DNA from: Corallochytrium limacisporum Hawaii
Taxonomy: Eukaryota; Protista; Pluriformea
Direction of reading: 5' to 3'
Assembly (NCBI GenBank): GCA_002811645.1
Contig: PDIP01000073.1
Coordinates: 167,524 to 231,523 of the forward strand
Length of the DNA stretch: 64,000 nucleotides
In this document: positions 20,079 through 32,263 of the stretch, one piece after another
Position numbering within the stretch: the stretch's first letter is position 1
How the letters are laid out: each line of letters starts with the position of its first letter
Made by a program: the position numbers and the translations under genes
The notes under the pieces: generated by a model
The model's input: only the letters and a program-made list of their open reading frames with translations
Told to the model about the DNA's origin: nothing
Databases searched by the model: none

Positions 20079-21810
20079 ATTGAATCACTTCAAAAGTTGG
20101 ACCCAGTCTTCGAAATGTACCAGGGGTCTTCGTCCCTTTACACTGTACACACGCTCACTATGTTTGTGATCAACAGAGTATGCCCCTCGCTTCAAGTAGG
20201 AGATCACCCCTAAAGGCCACACGAAAGTCAAGTTTTGCTGTAGTGGTCCACTCGCGGCGACACTCCTTAACCTGGTCCACCAATTTCCGAAACCATCAGC
20301 GCTTCACAGAACACTAAGCGAGCCTGCTATGAAACCTTCTGCGTTTGATTGAATGATAGTTGTGGCTTCGATGTGTTTGTGCGCCCTTTTGAAGTGCTGG
20401 GAGCTAGCGACCGTCCAATCGAACTGTGGCTGTCGGTTCCGTCCATACGCGTCGCTGATTGGTCCATTTGAACTGGGTCCCATCCCTGCGGGAAGAGTAA
20501 TTAGAGAAGAAAACAAATAGTTTTGGCAATTTGGGACTCGGTACCATTGCATTTGGAGGTTTGGTATAAAATTTATACTGAAAAGATTTCACCAAAATTA
20601 AAAAATAAGAAGGGCACCAAGCACGGCAGGGGCTGTCCAGCGGTAACGAGGAAGAGCATTTGGGCGCTGCGCAACACCGGATAGGTCACCAACTCCTGGG
20701 CTCAGCGCTTTACTAGGGACTATCAAGCGGACAGATCCGGTGCACGAGCGGCACTTTTTTTGACTTTGTTCGACGAAGGAGATTTTTTTCGCACAGGAGC
20801 TGCTATTTTCTGTGTGGGTCCACGCCCCTGTCTCGCAGGCGCCGGATCGGGAGCTCTCAGGTCGAATGGGGCTTTTGCGTCGGATCCGCCTGTAAATTTA
20901 TATACCTTTTATGAATCTTTGAAATTTGCTATCCGCGCGCCGAGGCGGTGGTGTGTTCACTATGAAATTCAGGATCCTTCATACATTCAGTACTGCGCAT
21001 TTGGCACGGATAAACAAAAATAGGGCCTCTACAACCCACCCCCCCCTTCTTCCCCGGGGGTGTCAATTGGAGCTCAACACAACCCTCCCTCCAACCCTCC
21101 CCAAGAAGTCGGTAGACGGCACCAGAGATCAGAGGATCCGACGGGTAGTGGGGTGCGTAACACAGCGGTTCATGGTCCCGTCGTCTCGTGGTTCCGTCAC
21201 AATCTGTGCGCGTGTGTGTGTGTGTGACCCGGCATTTTCATCGATCGTAATTGAGGGACTTCGAATGCCCATGAAAGCGATCGCACAGAGCAGTGAAGAG
21301 CGTGCTGTAGCTTTCGTGCGTTGGATGTTCTGGATGCCATGGTGGGTCATAGATCTCACAACCCAGTTTTTCTGTAGCAGTGCGCACGCAGGCTGGCCAT
21401 TCCCTTCTCCCTGTACCGTCAGTCTGAAACTTTGGTGGTTTGATTGACAGCAGCGGTGGTGTGTGCCAGAAAGCCAGGAAAAATATTCGAAATGCCCCCC
21501 GAACCCGGAACAGAGAAGAACCCTTGGGGAGCCCAAAAAAGTATGTGGGCAGCCCAAGAGAAGTTGGTGGCGGGAGGGAATACAACTACACCCGGTCGCG
21601 GTCACTTATAACACAGGGCAGATAGTCGTGTCTGCCCGTGATCCTTTTCGCTTCGGCTGGCTCTTCTGGTGCCGTGTCCCTCGGTGCGGGACTCGATACG
21701 TTTGCTAAAGCCATGTCTATTCTGTGGCGGACAAATTCTCAAACACCATCTTCATTGAACATCCATGCCGTGGCTGTGCGGGTACTTCAGCATTAAAATT
21801 TAGTACAGCA

Positions 21811-23028
21811 ATGCGGACAGCCAAACAGCAACTCGTTCTCAAGTATTCCTCAACCATGGAGGGCATCAGGGAAGACAAGAGGCTTCTGAAGCCATCCTAT
21901 TTACTATGGTACTTACACACTGCCATGGCGTTCGTGGGTGCTTACGGCGTGTACTTAGCATTTACACGCTTCACCCTCATCTGCCTGGGTCTGGTCGGGA
22001 TTTTCTTTGCTTACAGATACCCAATCTATATGGCTAAGCGTAAGCAGAAGGATTACGAACCGCAGGCGACAGCAAAGACCCTGGTGGCGCGGGACAGAGT
22101 CAAGGTTCACTACGAGACCATGAACGAAAAGGGAAAGATGGGCTGGATTGGTCTGGCTAATGGTCTCGGGGGCCGTCTATACTCCTACAACCGTCTGGTG
22201 AAGTGGGCCATCGCCAAGGACTACGCTGTACTCACCTGGGACTACCGAGGCCTGTTCGTGCACGAAGGCCCTAAGCGCCCGCGCCACTTGAGTATCCCAG
22301 AGCATGCTGAGGACCTGAAGGAGATCATGAAGCAGGAAGGAATCGATGAACTGAAGTTACTCGTGGGTTGGTCGACGGGTGTCCAAGTCGCGTTGGAGTT
22401 CGCAGCTGTTTATCCGGAGAACGTAGACCGCTTGGCTCTACTCAACGGATGTTGGGGGCATGTCTTTGCTGCTGGTGGTCAGCCCCTGTTCCGCATCCCG
22501 GGTTTCAGTGTGGTGGTGAGCACAATATTTGAGTTACAGATGTGGCTGCTCCCGAACAATACTTTCGCGTACGCTGCCCTGAAGGCGGGTGCCTTCACAT
22601 ACATGCGCTACGTCATGCTCCCGTGGGCGTTCATTACGAATAATCCGTCTCTGGAGGTACTGACCGAACGATACCTAACGGATATCTTTGGTCACGGTCC
22701 CAAGCACACGGCTAACTATATTCGTCTGTTTCAGGAACTGGATGCTCATAGTGTCTATCATGTTTTGCCATACTTGGCCCCTCCGGCCCTCTTGGTGAGT
22801 GGCTATTTTGACTTCCTCACCCCTGCTTACATGAGCTACGAGATCGCTCATCGCATGCCCACGACCTATCACTCCGCCTACTTCGCCGCCAGCCACTTTG
22901 CCATGGCTGAACGGCCGGAGGACGTGGTCAGTGACGTAGCCTCGTTCTTGGCCATGAAGGACATGCGGCGTCGATTCTCTAAGGTTGGCACTGCAGAGAA
23001 CCAATATGCCCGAAAGAGAATTACTTAA
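21811..23028 (+). CDS. Membrane-anchored alpha/beta hydrolase (start ATG may be 21811 or 21856)
   Basis: Two N-terminal TM helices, LANGLGG oxyanion region, WDYRG, nucleophile elbow GWSTG, acid GYFDFLTP and His in ASHF. Confidence 0.9.
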   Translation: MRTAKQQLVLKYSSTMEGIREDKRLLKPSYLLWYLHTAMAFVGAYGVYLAFTRFTLICLGLVGIFFAYRYPIYMAKRKQKDYEPQATAKTLVARDRVKVHYETMNEKGKMGWIGLANGLGGRLYSYNRLVKWAIAKDYAVLTWDYRGLFVHEGPKRPRHLSIPEHAEDLKEIMKQEGIDELKLLVGWSTGVQVALEFAAVYPENVDRLALLNGCWGHVFAAGGQPLFRIPGFSVVVSTIFELQMWLLPNNTFAYAALKAGAFTYMRYVMLPWAFITNNPSLEVLTERYLTDIFGHGPKHTANYIRLFQELDAHSVYHVLPYLAPPALLVSGYFDFLTPAYMSYEIAHRMPTTYHSAYFAASHFAMAERPEDVVSDVASFLAMKDMRRRFSKVGTAENQYARKRIT

Positions 23029-23275
23029 AGAAGCCGGGATCTGATCCACTAGAATTAAAACAGATACGGTGCTGCCATAGACTCACTGCATTACAACACC
23101 CATCGTCTTGGCGAACACAGCTCTTGTTTCATAAGGGAGTAAATGATTCCTGTATTTCACGATAAATCATAACAGATATGAGCAATATGGTATGGCCCTA
23201 AATTGGATTCCTGGCATGCTTTGGTTAAAATGACGGATTAAGGAATAAATTGGTTGGATGCATGCTGCGTCTTCT

Positions 23276-24049
23276 TCACTGCTGCATGTCTGTGCCAGGA
23301 GGATGATGTTTGGGCCAGCTCTCTTTTTCGTAGACTTTATGCGTGTCCTGGGAAGCCTCGGCTTCCGCGATAAGGTCCTCACGTTCGCTTTCTTCAAGAC
23401 TATAGTGCAGTTCCGGTCCGGGATCCAACGGATCTAGTGTAGTGGGTTGTCCTAGTGATGATCGCAGCGGGCTCTTGGGACTTGAGTGCTGCAGGCTCAA
23501 GTTTTCATTGCCCACCGGTGTGTTACTTGATGTAGCGGTGCGATCGGACGAGAGGCTGCTCTTGTTCCGCCGTGAGCTCTCTTCGCTGAAGCTGACATGT
23601 CTTCGAGGTCGTTTGTGAGGATTCACCACCATTCCGCGCCCGCGCTCGTAGGTGTCGTTCATAATTTCCTCGTCTTTGTCGCTTAGGGCCCGAGGCATAG
23701 TGCCCCCTCGCTTACGGTGCACTGATTTCATGAGAATTCCTGAGGCTATCCGCGGTTCCGAATGGATATCTCCTTCGCTGCTGCTTTCACTGTGGTCCTC
23801 GACATCGCTGAGGTCAGTGCCTTCCCGTTTGCGCTTTCTGTGTTCTTCGTCGTTTCTAAAGGTCGGCATATTACCTCCGTAGCTGTCCGATAAACAGACA
23901 CTACTGTCCGATGCGGCATAGAAACCGATTGATCTGTTGACTGCCGTGTTGTGGTTGGTTAGTGACTCAAGGCCCTGGTCATCCAAGTTCGGGTCCAAAG
24001 ATGTGTTCACCGACGAATGTATGGGTAGGCGGCCTGGTGAATCTGTCAT
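23276..24049 (-). CDS. Hypothetical intrinsically disordered, Ser-rich, probably nuclear protein
   Basis: About 257 aa from the first ATG, in the typical convergent-pair position. Contains NLS-like RKRKR and HKRPRR and an RVxF-like RHVSF. Confidence 0.6.
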   Translation of the reverse strand: MTDSPGRLPIHSSVNTSLDPNLDDQGLESLTNHNTAVNRSIGFYAASDSSVCLSDSYGGNMPTFRNDEEHRKRKREGTDLSDVEDHSESSSEGDIHSEPRIASGILMKSVHRKRGGTMPRALSDKDEEIMNDTYERGRGMVVNPHKRPRRHVSFSEESSRRNKSSLSSDRTATSSNTPVGNENLSLQHSSPKSPLRSSLGQPTTLDPLDPGPELHYSLEESEREDLIAEAEASQDTHKVYEKESWPKHHPPGTDMQQ

Positions 24050-26794
24050 GGTTTCCCTCCGTTCCACGCTACAGGCCTACAGATTCAGAATGAAATTTAA
24101 AAACTTCTTAGTATTTGCTGTTTGATAATGACGCGATCCCGCGTAGTTACATTGTGCCGAGACTGCTGTTTTCCTGACTCTCGTTGCTCTTCTATTCCTA
24201 CCGATAAGTAAAGCTGTCACTGTGACGGTCTCCATGGCGTACTGATCTTACGCTTCAGGTGCGTTCTCTTCTACCTTCAATCAAGGATGATTTCGGCAAT
24301 TCATTTCGCGACAATCTACTCATTACCATCGACATTTACTATACGAGGTCAAAGAACTCTTCATGACAAGATGGAAATGATACAAAAAGCCAACGAAAAC
24401 AGGACAAAACCCCATTTGCACCGATTTTTCTGGCAAAACCTTCCGCCTGTGCTAGATAGGGGCCGCGCACTCTCTAACCTCGCATTCCCTCCTTTGTTTG
24501 AATTCGGTGCCCCCTACCCTGGTCAGCAGGCTTCGGCAATCCCTTGGCCAATGAATGGGAAAATTTGAATCGGTCGGTTTGGTCCCGGCACACCCTCCGT
24601 TCCTCTTTTTTTTTCTCGATCGGAACCATGGATGCACCTCACAAGGTTGCAAAATACGGGAGGAGGTGAGGGTGTGTGTGGGGGGGGAGGAGGAGGAGGG
24701 AGGAGGGAAAGAGCGGCTTCAGATCAATTCGAACGGACGGGACGGAGCGCAAAAAGTGAGGTGACCTCAGCTGACTTAGTCAATACGCTGAAGCCTTCTT
24801 CCCTCCCCCTTTGCCCCTGGCTGCGAACCCTTTCGTTGTCCTTTCATTCTGTCCCTGGGTGACGATGCAAATAGAGTCAAATCCCCCCCCTTTTCCGGGG
24901 TCTCCCCTCCCCGGTGAAAAGGGGGGGGATCGATCGCGTCATTGTTTGCTACGTTCAATAGTGGGAGAATGACACAATTTTCTTCACGCTCTGAGATCGG
25001 CTATCCGGATGAAGGGCTGCTGCCTTCTGTGCACCCTTCCGGTTCGTGACGTTCCAAGGTACACACTTCGTACCGTGGCTTTCCATAGCGAATACACCGG
25101 CCTTATTTCAAAACTGTGAGCAAGAGCAAAAATTTTATGGCAACAGCGATGATCCCGCCGACGGTCCATTAATCAGCTCTCGTCCCCTCCTTTGGACGAT
25201 TCGACTGGACAGAAACTGCAATATTCTCAGTATGGAACTCGCGTACCGAAATTCGTCCTTCCCCAGATGTGCAGCCCAGCTCGCAGTCCTCACCTGCCCC
25301 CCCCCCCGTGCACCTCCCTTCCCGTTCAGCTCGCGCGCGGGCGCGCTCGGGGCTCCATAGCCTCAGTACTTGAAGCGCACGCAACGTAACCGGCGGGAAG
25401 TTCTACACAGCAACGAGGAAGCAAGGAATCTCGAAATTACGGAAACCAACATGATACACTGCCATGCTAAAAGTATGAGGACAAATATCGCTAACCTACA
25501 AGACTAGTGAGGTGTACCATGCCATGTCGGACTATCGATTAGAAGTTTGAATTTTCTGGTACACAATGCACTAGCCAAAGTAAGAGAATGTACGGTGTGG
25601 AGCGGTGGGGCCTAATTTCTCCCAGGAAACTTAACAAGCAGGCCCCCTTCGATCAATTCCCGGGTTTACTATAGTCAATGTACTGAAATTCTTTACCAGG
25701 AGTTTCGGGATTTCCAAACTGACGAGGAAGAAAATGGAGAACCGGGACGTAAATTTTTGGAGGGAGCGGGGAGAACCATACGGTACTGAATGTACTGCAG
25801 TCCGTGGTTGTGCGATACCGCGACTGAAGCTACCGCTCTCATGACCCAATGTAGTATACCAATGCATCGAGGCGGTCGCATGACCGCGGTTATCGCCACT
25901 AAGGATCCAAGTACGCGGCAATTCCAAAGTAGGGATCGGATCCGGTGTGCGCGGCGATCGCATAAATTGCGTAGTAGTTTCAGGACCATTGTTTACTGCT
26001 CGCCTACCACTTCCTACAAGTCGGACCCAGGGACAGCGGTACTTGTGCGGGAGCAAGTGGCGCTAAGAATAGCATTAATGTTCTTGGGATGCCATGATTT
26101 CTTACTGAGCGATATGAAGCCAATTCATTGGTGGCGAAACCCTGAGTAAGGCGTTGTCCGAGAACTACAGGTGGGATTACGCCACATCTCATTGCGTTCT
26201 TTCTTGCATGGACTACCATGCACCTTCGCAACTCGACCAAACTTGGAGTGTTGGAGAAGTCCCCACTGGGGCATGCCGATAGAAAATCTACTGGCTGGGA
26301 CCTCAGTAGCCGAGTAGTGGTGGAGGGTCCGAACCCGCTGGGCACCGGCCTCGCCCATTTCCTATTGTTGGTCCCGAATTCACGAAAACTCCGTATGCAG
26401 AAAATGCCTCGATAGATTGAGTATGGATGGCGGGGTGAAATGGGTACATTCAGTACCGAAGCCCTTAGTCGTTCCCTGCTCTAGGCCCGAAGACCCCGAG
26501 GTGTAACCCGCCCGCCATTTTCCGCATGGTGGGTCTCACGCGGTAGGTTGGTTATGCACTGCACAAGGGGACAGTGGGACACCGGATGGAGTTCAGGTCA
26601 ACCTTCATCAGTCATGTTCTAGCCCTGAAGGCCTCAGATGATGACGCTCATATGTTGCTATTTATGAAAGACGGCCTGTGTATGAGGCACCTATGTGTGT
26701 ACGGGTTGATGGATTGTTAAAGAATGGAACATCACCAACCTTGAAGTTGTGAAAGGAACGGGGAAGACTAGCATCCTGGACCATCACAGCAAAC

Positions 26795-29700
26795 ATGGTG
26801 CGTAAGAAAATTGATGTGCGCGTGCGCACCTTGATTGAGAACAGTGTGATGTCGGGACACCGCTCGTTCATTGTTATGGTCGGAGACTACGGAAAAAATC
26901 AGATTCCGAACCTGCACTACATGCTCACCAAGGCGTCCACACAGGGAAGACCAAGCGTGCTCTGGTGCTACAAGAAGGATCTCGGGTTTAGTACACATCG
27001 CAAAAAGCGCATGAAAGAGATTAAGAAGAAAATCCAGCGCGGTCTGCGTGATGCGGACAGCGAGGATCCGTTCGAGCTCTTCATTGCGTCTACGGAGATC
27101 CGATACACGTACTATAGCGAGACCCACAAAATCTTGGGTAATACCTATGGCATGTGCGTTCTACAAGACTTTGAAGCATTGACGCCGAATTTGCTAGCCA
27201 GAACCGTAGAGACCGTTCAGGGTGGTGGCCTCGTAGTCATTCTGCTGCGCTCCATGAAGAGTTTGAAGCAGTTGTATCACATGAACATGGACGTGCATCG
27301 GCGCTATCGGACGGAGAGCCACTTGGACGTTACAGGCCGATTCAACGAACGATTTATCCTCTCTTTGAGCAATTGTGAGACTTGCCTACTGCTTGATGAT
27401 CAATTGAGCGTCCTACCCCTGTCATCACACATTCTTGGGCTGCAACCAAAGCGACGGGCTGAAGTGGAATCTAAGCAACGGGAGCAGGACGACGAGCTAA
27501 AGATTCTTAAGGACTCACTCGAAGGTGCAGAGCCAGCGTTTTCTCTGTCCTCGGTCTGCACGACTCTGGACCAGGCAAAGGCCTTGCTTGTGTTTATTGA
27601 TGCGATTTCGGAGAAAACGTTGCGCAGTACCGTTGCACTGACCGCAGGACGCGGACGCGGGAAGTCCGCTAGCATGGGCCTTGCAGTCGCGGCAGCCATT
27701 GCGTACGGCTACTCGAATCTATTTGTCACCTCACCCTCGCCGGAGAATCTGAAAACTTTCTTTGAGTTTGTGTTCAAGGGATTGGATGCCATGGGCTACC
27801 AGGAGCATGTCGATTACACGGCTGTGAAATCGGTGAATCCTGAATTCAATAATGCATTGATCCGCATTAACATCTACAAAAACCACCGCCAGACAGTGCA
27901 ATATGTCCGACCTCAGGACCACCAGCAACTGGCGCAGGCTGAACTACTGGTCATTGACGAGGCCGCTGCCATACCTCTGCCCATCGTCAAGAAACTGCTC
28001 GGGAACTATTTGGTCTTCATGTCGTCCACCATCAACGGCTATGAAGGTACGGGTAGAAGTCTGAGCCTCAAGCTGTTGTCCAATCTACGACAGCAGTCCG
28101 CAACCACGAGAGGGGCAAGTACTGCCAACGACGGTAGTCAGCGCAGGACTTTGCGGGAACTGACCCTCGAGGAGCCCATTCGGTACCGCAGTGGGGACCC
28201 GGTCGAGAAGTGGCTGAACAATTTGCTATGCCTAAACATTTCAGAGGTCAAGCGCGTGAGCTCCAGTTGCCCGCATCCATCTGAGTGCGAGCTCTACTAC
28301 GTAAACCGGGACACGTTATTCAGTTACCACCGTGCATCAGAGGCATTTCTACAGCGCATGGTAACTATCTACGTGGCTAGCCACTACCGGAATACTCCAA
28401 ACGATCTGCAGATGATGAGTGATGCACCGGCCCACCATCTGTTTGTGTTGCTTGGACCGCTCAAGGAGGATTCCACAGCCTTGCCCGAAGTGCTGTGCAT
28501 CATCCAGGTTGCCCTGGAAGGCGCCATCACACGCGACATGATGCAACGCAGTCTAGCACGCGGTGTCCGCATGGCTGGTGATCTGATCCCATGGACCATC
28601 TCTCAACAGTTTCAGGATCACGACTTCGGCGCACTCAGCGGTGTTCGCATTGTGCGCATCGCTACACACCCAGATTACACGGGTATGGGATACGGACGCC
28701 GTGCCATGGAACTATTGGAAGACTACTATGGTGGAAACATCACGCTTTCCATGGAAGCACCGAAGGATAAGAGGAAGAATAGTATGAAGAATGGACGCGG
28801 TGACGAGGACCAGTTTTCAAGCGACGTTCTGCACGAAGAGGTGCTGGAACCGCGCAAGGAGCTGCCTCCGCTCTTGCAACGTCTGGATCACCGGAAGGCA
28901 GAGCCCGTTGATTACATTGGTGTCAGCTACGGCCTCACCAAGGAATTGTTCAAGTTCTACAATCGCATCGGCTACGTGCCTGTCTACCTGCGACAGACTG
29001 CCAACGAGCTGACAGGGGAACACACATGTATCATGTTGAAGGGTCTGGATGGTGCCAGCGTTGAGGATCGGCACTGGCACCACGGCTACTTTATGGACTT
29101 CCGTAGCCGCTTGATCCATCTCCTTAGCTACGAATTCAAGGATCTTGGGGTGATCACTGGTCTGTCCCTGATGCACTCTATCCAGGGCCAGAGCGATGCG
29201 GACGTTGGCTACCTGCCTGCGCATATGAAGAAAAGCCATGGTCCATTCGGAGCCCGCGATCTACACCAGAGCATGACCAGCTGGGATCTGAATCGCCTGA
29301 ACAGCTACGCACGCAACCTAGTTGATTACCACATGATCCTGGACTTGGTTCCGAAGTTGGCCGAACAGTTCTTCAAGGCCCGAATGGACGGCGGCGTCAG
29401 CCTGAGTCCCCTGCAATCCGCCATTCTCCTCGGAATCGGTCTGCAGCACAAGAGTGTGACCGAGCTAGAGACAGAGCTTGGTGTGACCTCCACCCAACTT
29501 CTTGCTAACTTCAACAAGATTATGAAGAAGTTTGAGAACTATCTGCAACAATTGGAACGAGAACGGGTGGACCGTATGCTACCGGACGAGGGCCATGGTG
29601 GCAAGGACTCGCAAGGGAGGCAAGGTGGCCTGGCCATTGCCGACCTGGACGAAGTCGATGGGCAAGATGCCGAACTGGAGCAGGAAGGGAAGGCTGCACT

Positions 29701-29971
29701 GAGGAATGCCAATGCTTCTCTGGTCATGGCAGATGGTAAGATTGACCTGCACGGCATTGACCAGAGCTACGAGATTAACAGCGACGACGAAGGATGGCAG
29801 GAGACACTCGCCAAGGGTGTGACAGTCACATCTGGCGGCAATGTGAGCATAAAGCGCAAGGCTACAGACAAGCGCAGCACACCGCAATCAGAGCCCCGAA
29901 AGAAGAGATCCAAGGATGGCCATGGATCGAGCAAGAAATCGAAGAAGAGCAAGAAGTCCGCAAAGTATTAG
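26795..29971 (+). CDS. NAT10: RNA cytidine acetyltransferase (Kre33)
   Basis: MVRKKIDVR.RTLIEN start, LTAGRGRGKSA P-loop, IDEAAAIP, STINGYEGTGR and GNAT RIVRIATHP..GMGYG. Lys-rich C-terminus. Confidence 0.99.
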   Translation: MVRKKIDVRVRTLIENSVMSGHRSFIVMVGDYGKNQIPNLHYMLTKASTQGRPSVLWCYKKDLGFSTHRKKRMKEIKKKIQRGLRDADSEDPFELFIASTEIRYTYYSETHKILGNTYGMCVLQDFEALTPNLLARTVETVQGGGLVVILLRSMKSLKQLYHMNMDVHRRYRTESHLDVTGRFNERFILSLSNCETCLLLDDQLSVLPLSSHILGLQPKRRAEVESKQREQDDELKILKDSLEGAEPAFSLSSVCTTLDQAKALLVFIDAISEKTLRSTVALTAGRGRGKSASMGLAVAAAIAYGYSNLFVTSPSPENLKTFFEFVFKGLDAMGYQEHVDYTAVKSVNPEFNNALIRINIYKNHRQTVQYVRPQDHQQLAQAELLVIDEAAAIPLPIVKKLLGNYLVFMSSTINGYEGTGRSLSLKLLSNLRQQSATTRGASTANDGSQRRTLRELTLEEPIRYRSGDPVEKWLNNLLCLNISEVKRVSSSCPHPSECELYYVNRDTLFSYHRASEAFLQRMVTIYVASHYRNTPNDLQMMSDAPAHHLFVLLGPLKEDSTALPEVLCIIQVALEGAITRDMMQRSLARGVRMAGDLIPWTISQQFQDHDFGALSGVRIVRIATHPDYTGMGYGRRAMELLEDYYGGNITLSMEAPKDKRKNSMKNGRGDEDQFSSDVLHEEVLEPRKELPPLLQRLDHRKAEPVDYIGVSYGLTKELFKFYNRIGYVPVYLRQTANELTGEHTCIMLKGLDGASVEDRHWHHGYFMDFRSRLIHLLSYEFKDLGVITGLSLMHSIQGQSDADVGYLPAHMKKSHGPFGARDLHQSMTSWDLNRLNSYARNLVDYHMILDLVPKLAEQFFKARMDGGVSLSPLQSAILLGIGLQHKSVTELETELGVTSTQLLANFNKIMKKFENYLQQLERERVDRMLPDEGHGGKDSQGRQGGLAIADLDEVDGQDAELEQEGKAALRNANASLVMADGKIDLHGIDQSYEINSDDEGWQETLAKGVTVTSGGNVSIKRKATDKRSTPQSEPRKKRSKDGHGSSKKSKKSKKSAKY

Positions 29972-30078
29972 GATTTAATACGAGATTAGACAGTGTAGTG
30001 TCAAAGAATTAAGAATTGAATTGAAAAGGTCTATTTCTCCTGATAACGCTTTCAACTGTCCAACGAACGCACAATTGT

Positions 30079-31605
30079 TCAATCCTCGTCTATGTCTGTT
30101 TTACGCTTGTTCAGCGCTTCAAAGTCATCATCATCGTCGTCATCATCGTCAAAGGCGTCATGCTGTTGGACTGCGGTGCCTGTTCCTTGCGCAGGCTTTA
30201 TGTTTGCATCAATATCAAAGTCGTCGTCATCATCGTCGGAGGCCATAATGTCTCTACGACCGTTCAGTTGGCCGCCGTCGCCTCCGTTTACCGCTCCTAC
30301 ACCGTTGTTCTCATCATCTACAGCATTTTGCTGGTCGTCCACCCAAGCAGATGGCAGAACAAGGATCGTCCGTTCGTCGTGTCTCTCGTTTTCGAGTTCG
30401 TTAAATTTGCGATGCTTCAGACGCAGCTTTGTGTGGCGTACAATGGTGTCCCGACTATCGGTCATGGTCGGGTTCTTGCGACGGGTAAGACGCAGCCGCG
30501 TGGGCATCTGGTTCCAGAGCAATTCTTTCCCTGTATCACGTAGCACCAGCGCACGATTCTGTGGGAAATCATCACGATTCCAGTCGTACTCGCGTGTGAG
30601 ACGGTAGTCATACTCTTCAGTCTTCGTCGTTTCCTTGTCAGCTGCGGCTTCCTCTCCGTTTTCGTTGGTTTCTCCTGCTTCATCCGGAAGCTCTGCGGTG
30701 CGGTCAAATGCTTCGGCATGGTCATGGGCGGAGGCCAGCTTTCGTTTTAATGCCTCGTCCGTGGGTACAAAGTGTTCCAGGTAGACCTCGTCATTCTTCT
30801 TGCCGGACGCGGCGGCAGCGGTACTGTCCTGCTGCACCCGTACAATGCCCAGTTCCATGAGATTCTTGATCCGTTCGATTTCTTCTGGGGATTTCTTCTC
30901 GAGATCCTCTCCTTTGCGCATCAATGGATTGGAATCAAAGACCATGGTGTGGTATGTAAAGTGCCACAGATCGAAATCCGGGAACACTGGTTTGACGGAA
31001 ACTGGCTTCATGCCCGGTTTCGATGGGTGCGTAATATCGTCCTCGTTCATGACATCGTCAAAGGTCTTCTGAATGAATTTGATCTGTTCTTCTGGCAAGA
31101 ACAAGTTGCTGTCCTCCTCCTTGGTCTTGCTCTCAACCTCTCTCTTAATATCTCCGTAGCCCTTCATTCTTTCCAGTTCAGGAATTGTGATTTCTGCACG
31201 GCGCATGAAGCTCATGGCTTCCGCATGCTGATTTTGGCGACGCTTAGTGCTGTCATCAAGAGTTTTAGCGTCCTTCAACAGCGCCTGGTCATCGGGATGA
31301 AGCGCTGGGAACTGTCCCGGAGGTGTGGGTGCATACTGTGACAGACTCATCAGGTCGATTTTAATTCCCAATAAGGGTCCCGCGTGGTAGTTATGTTTTA
31401 CACGCCTTTCTAGTTCCGTCTGATTGTAACCCACGAACCGATCTTTTTCATGCGGATATTCCAGGGTCTTGGGATCTACAGGAACATCCGGTACTCTATT
31501 GAAGTATTGTACAGGATAAATGAATGGTGGCTTTTCCATGTGGTTGCTGCTTTGTGCAGCATTCGCACCAGGTTTCTGATGTGACATGGCTGACCTATGT
31601 ATCAT
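30079..31605 (-). CDS. PAF1: RNA polymerase II-associated factor 1
   Basis: Y.N.VPD.P.DPK, LGIKIDL, LHPDDQALL, IQKTFD, HPSKPG..PV.V.PVFPDF and REYDW. Acidic tail. Confidence 0.93.
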   Translation of the reverse strand: MIHRSAMSHQKPGANAAQSSNHMEKPPFIYPVQYFNRVPDVPVDPKTLEYPHEKDRFVGYNQTELERRVKHNYHAGPLLGIKIDLMSLSQYAPTPPGQFPALHPDDQALLKDAKTLDDSTKRRQNQHAEAMSFMRRAEITIPELERMKGYGDIKREVESKTKEEDSNLFLPEEQIKFIQKTFDDVMNEDDITHPSKPGMKPVSVKPVFPDFDLWHFTYHTMVFDSNPLMRKGEDLEKKSPEEIERIKNLMELGIVRVQQDSTAAAASGKKNDEVYLEHFVPTDEALKRKLASAHDHAEAFDRTAELPDEAGETNENGEEAAADKETTKTEEYDYRLTREYDWNRDDFPQNRALVLRDTGKELLWNQMPTRLRLTRRKNPTMTDSRDTIVRHTKLRLKHRKFNELENERHDERTILVLPSAWVDDQQNAVDDENNGVGAVNGGDGGQLNGRRDIMASDDDDDDFDIDANIKPAQGTGTAVQQHDAFDDDDDDDDDFEALNKRKTDIDED

Positions 31606-32263
31606 AGCGATGAATTAGATTGTTTCTCAAGCCCCATTAGATTCTTTACATGTTTTCCTCTTTTATTTGTCGCGTTCGAACTAATATCCAAATAGATAAG
31701 TAACACAATACTGTTCAGCGAACGGAAAACACTTTCTATTAATTCATAGTTTCACAAATACCACCTTTTTCGACTCGAACATAATGTCATGAATTAGTCA
31801 AAATACAACGGTCTGTAGCAAAAATGGTCGCAACGGACACATTTCTTCCCTGTATTTCTCGACGACCGTAGCCTCTGAAACCGCCTTGCACAATTCCCGT
31901 CTTTGGGAGTTGGAAGACATGCGGAGCCGGTGCCTCTGTTCGCAAACGGGAGTCTATTTTTGCCCTCCGCCTCCTTCCCCCGTCCCTCTCTCCCAAAAAT
32001 CGTGCCTTCCCCGAGGTCTTACTCCATTCGAAGAGGCGGGAAATATTTGAGGATGAGACCCCATAGAAACTTTACTGCAGGATCTGGGATGAGGGAGGCG
32101 GGAGCGAAGAGCGAGTCGGGTCTCTACCCAAGGAAGGCGGTTGCGGGGCATTCAGGCCTGAACCGGAGAGCAGGAAATGACAGTAAATACGGGAGTCGGA
32201 TCGGTAGTAAGTAAGGCCTCATTGGTACAAGAATGACAGCAGGGTCGGACTGATCCAGAACAG

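Noticed and set aside
26630-26720. ATGATGA box-C-like motif upstream of NAT10 (possible C/D guide RNA)
   Set aside because: No properly spaced CTGA box D, terminal stem or rRNA complement was found.
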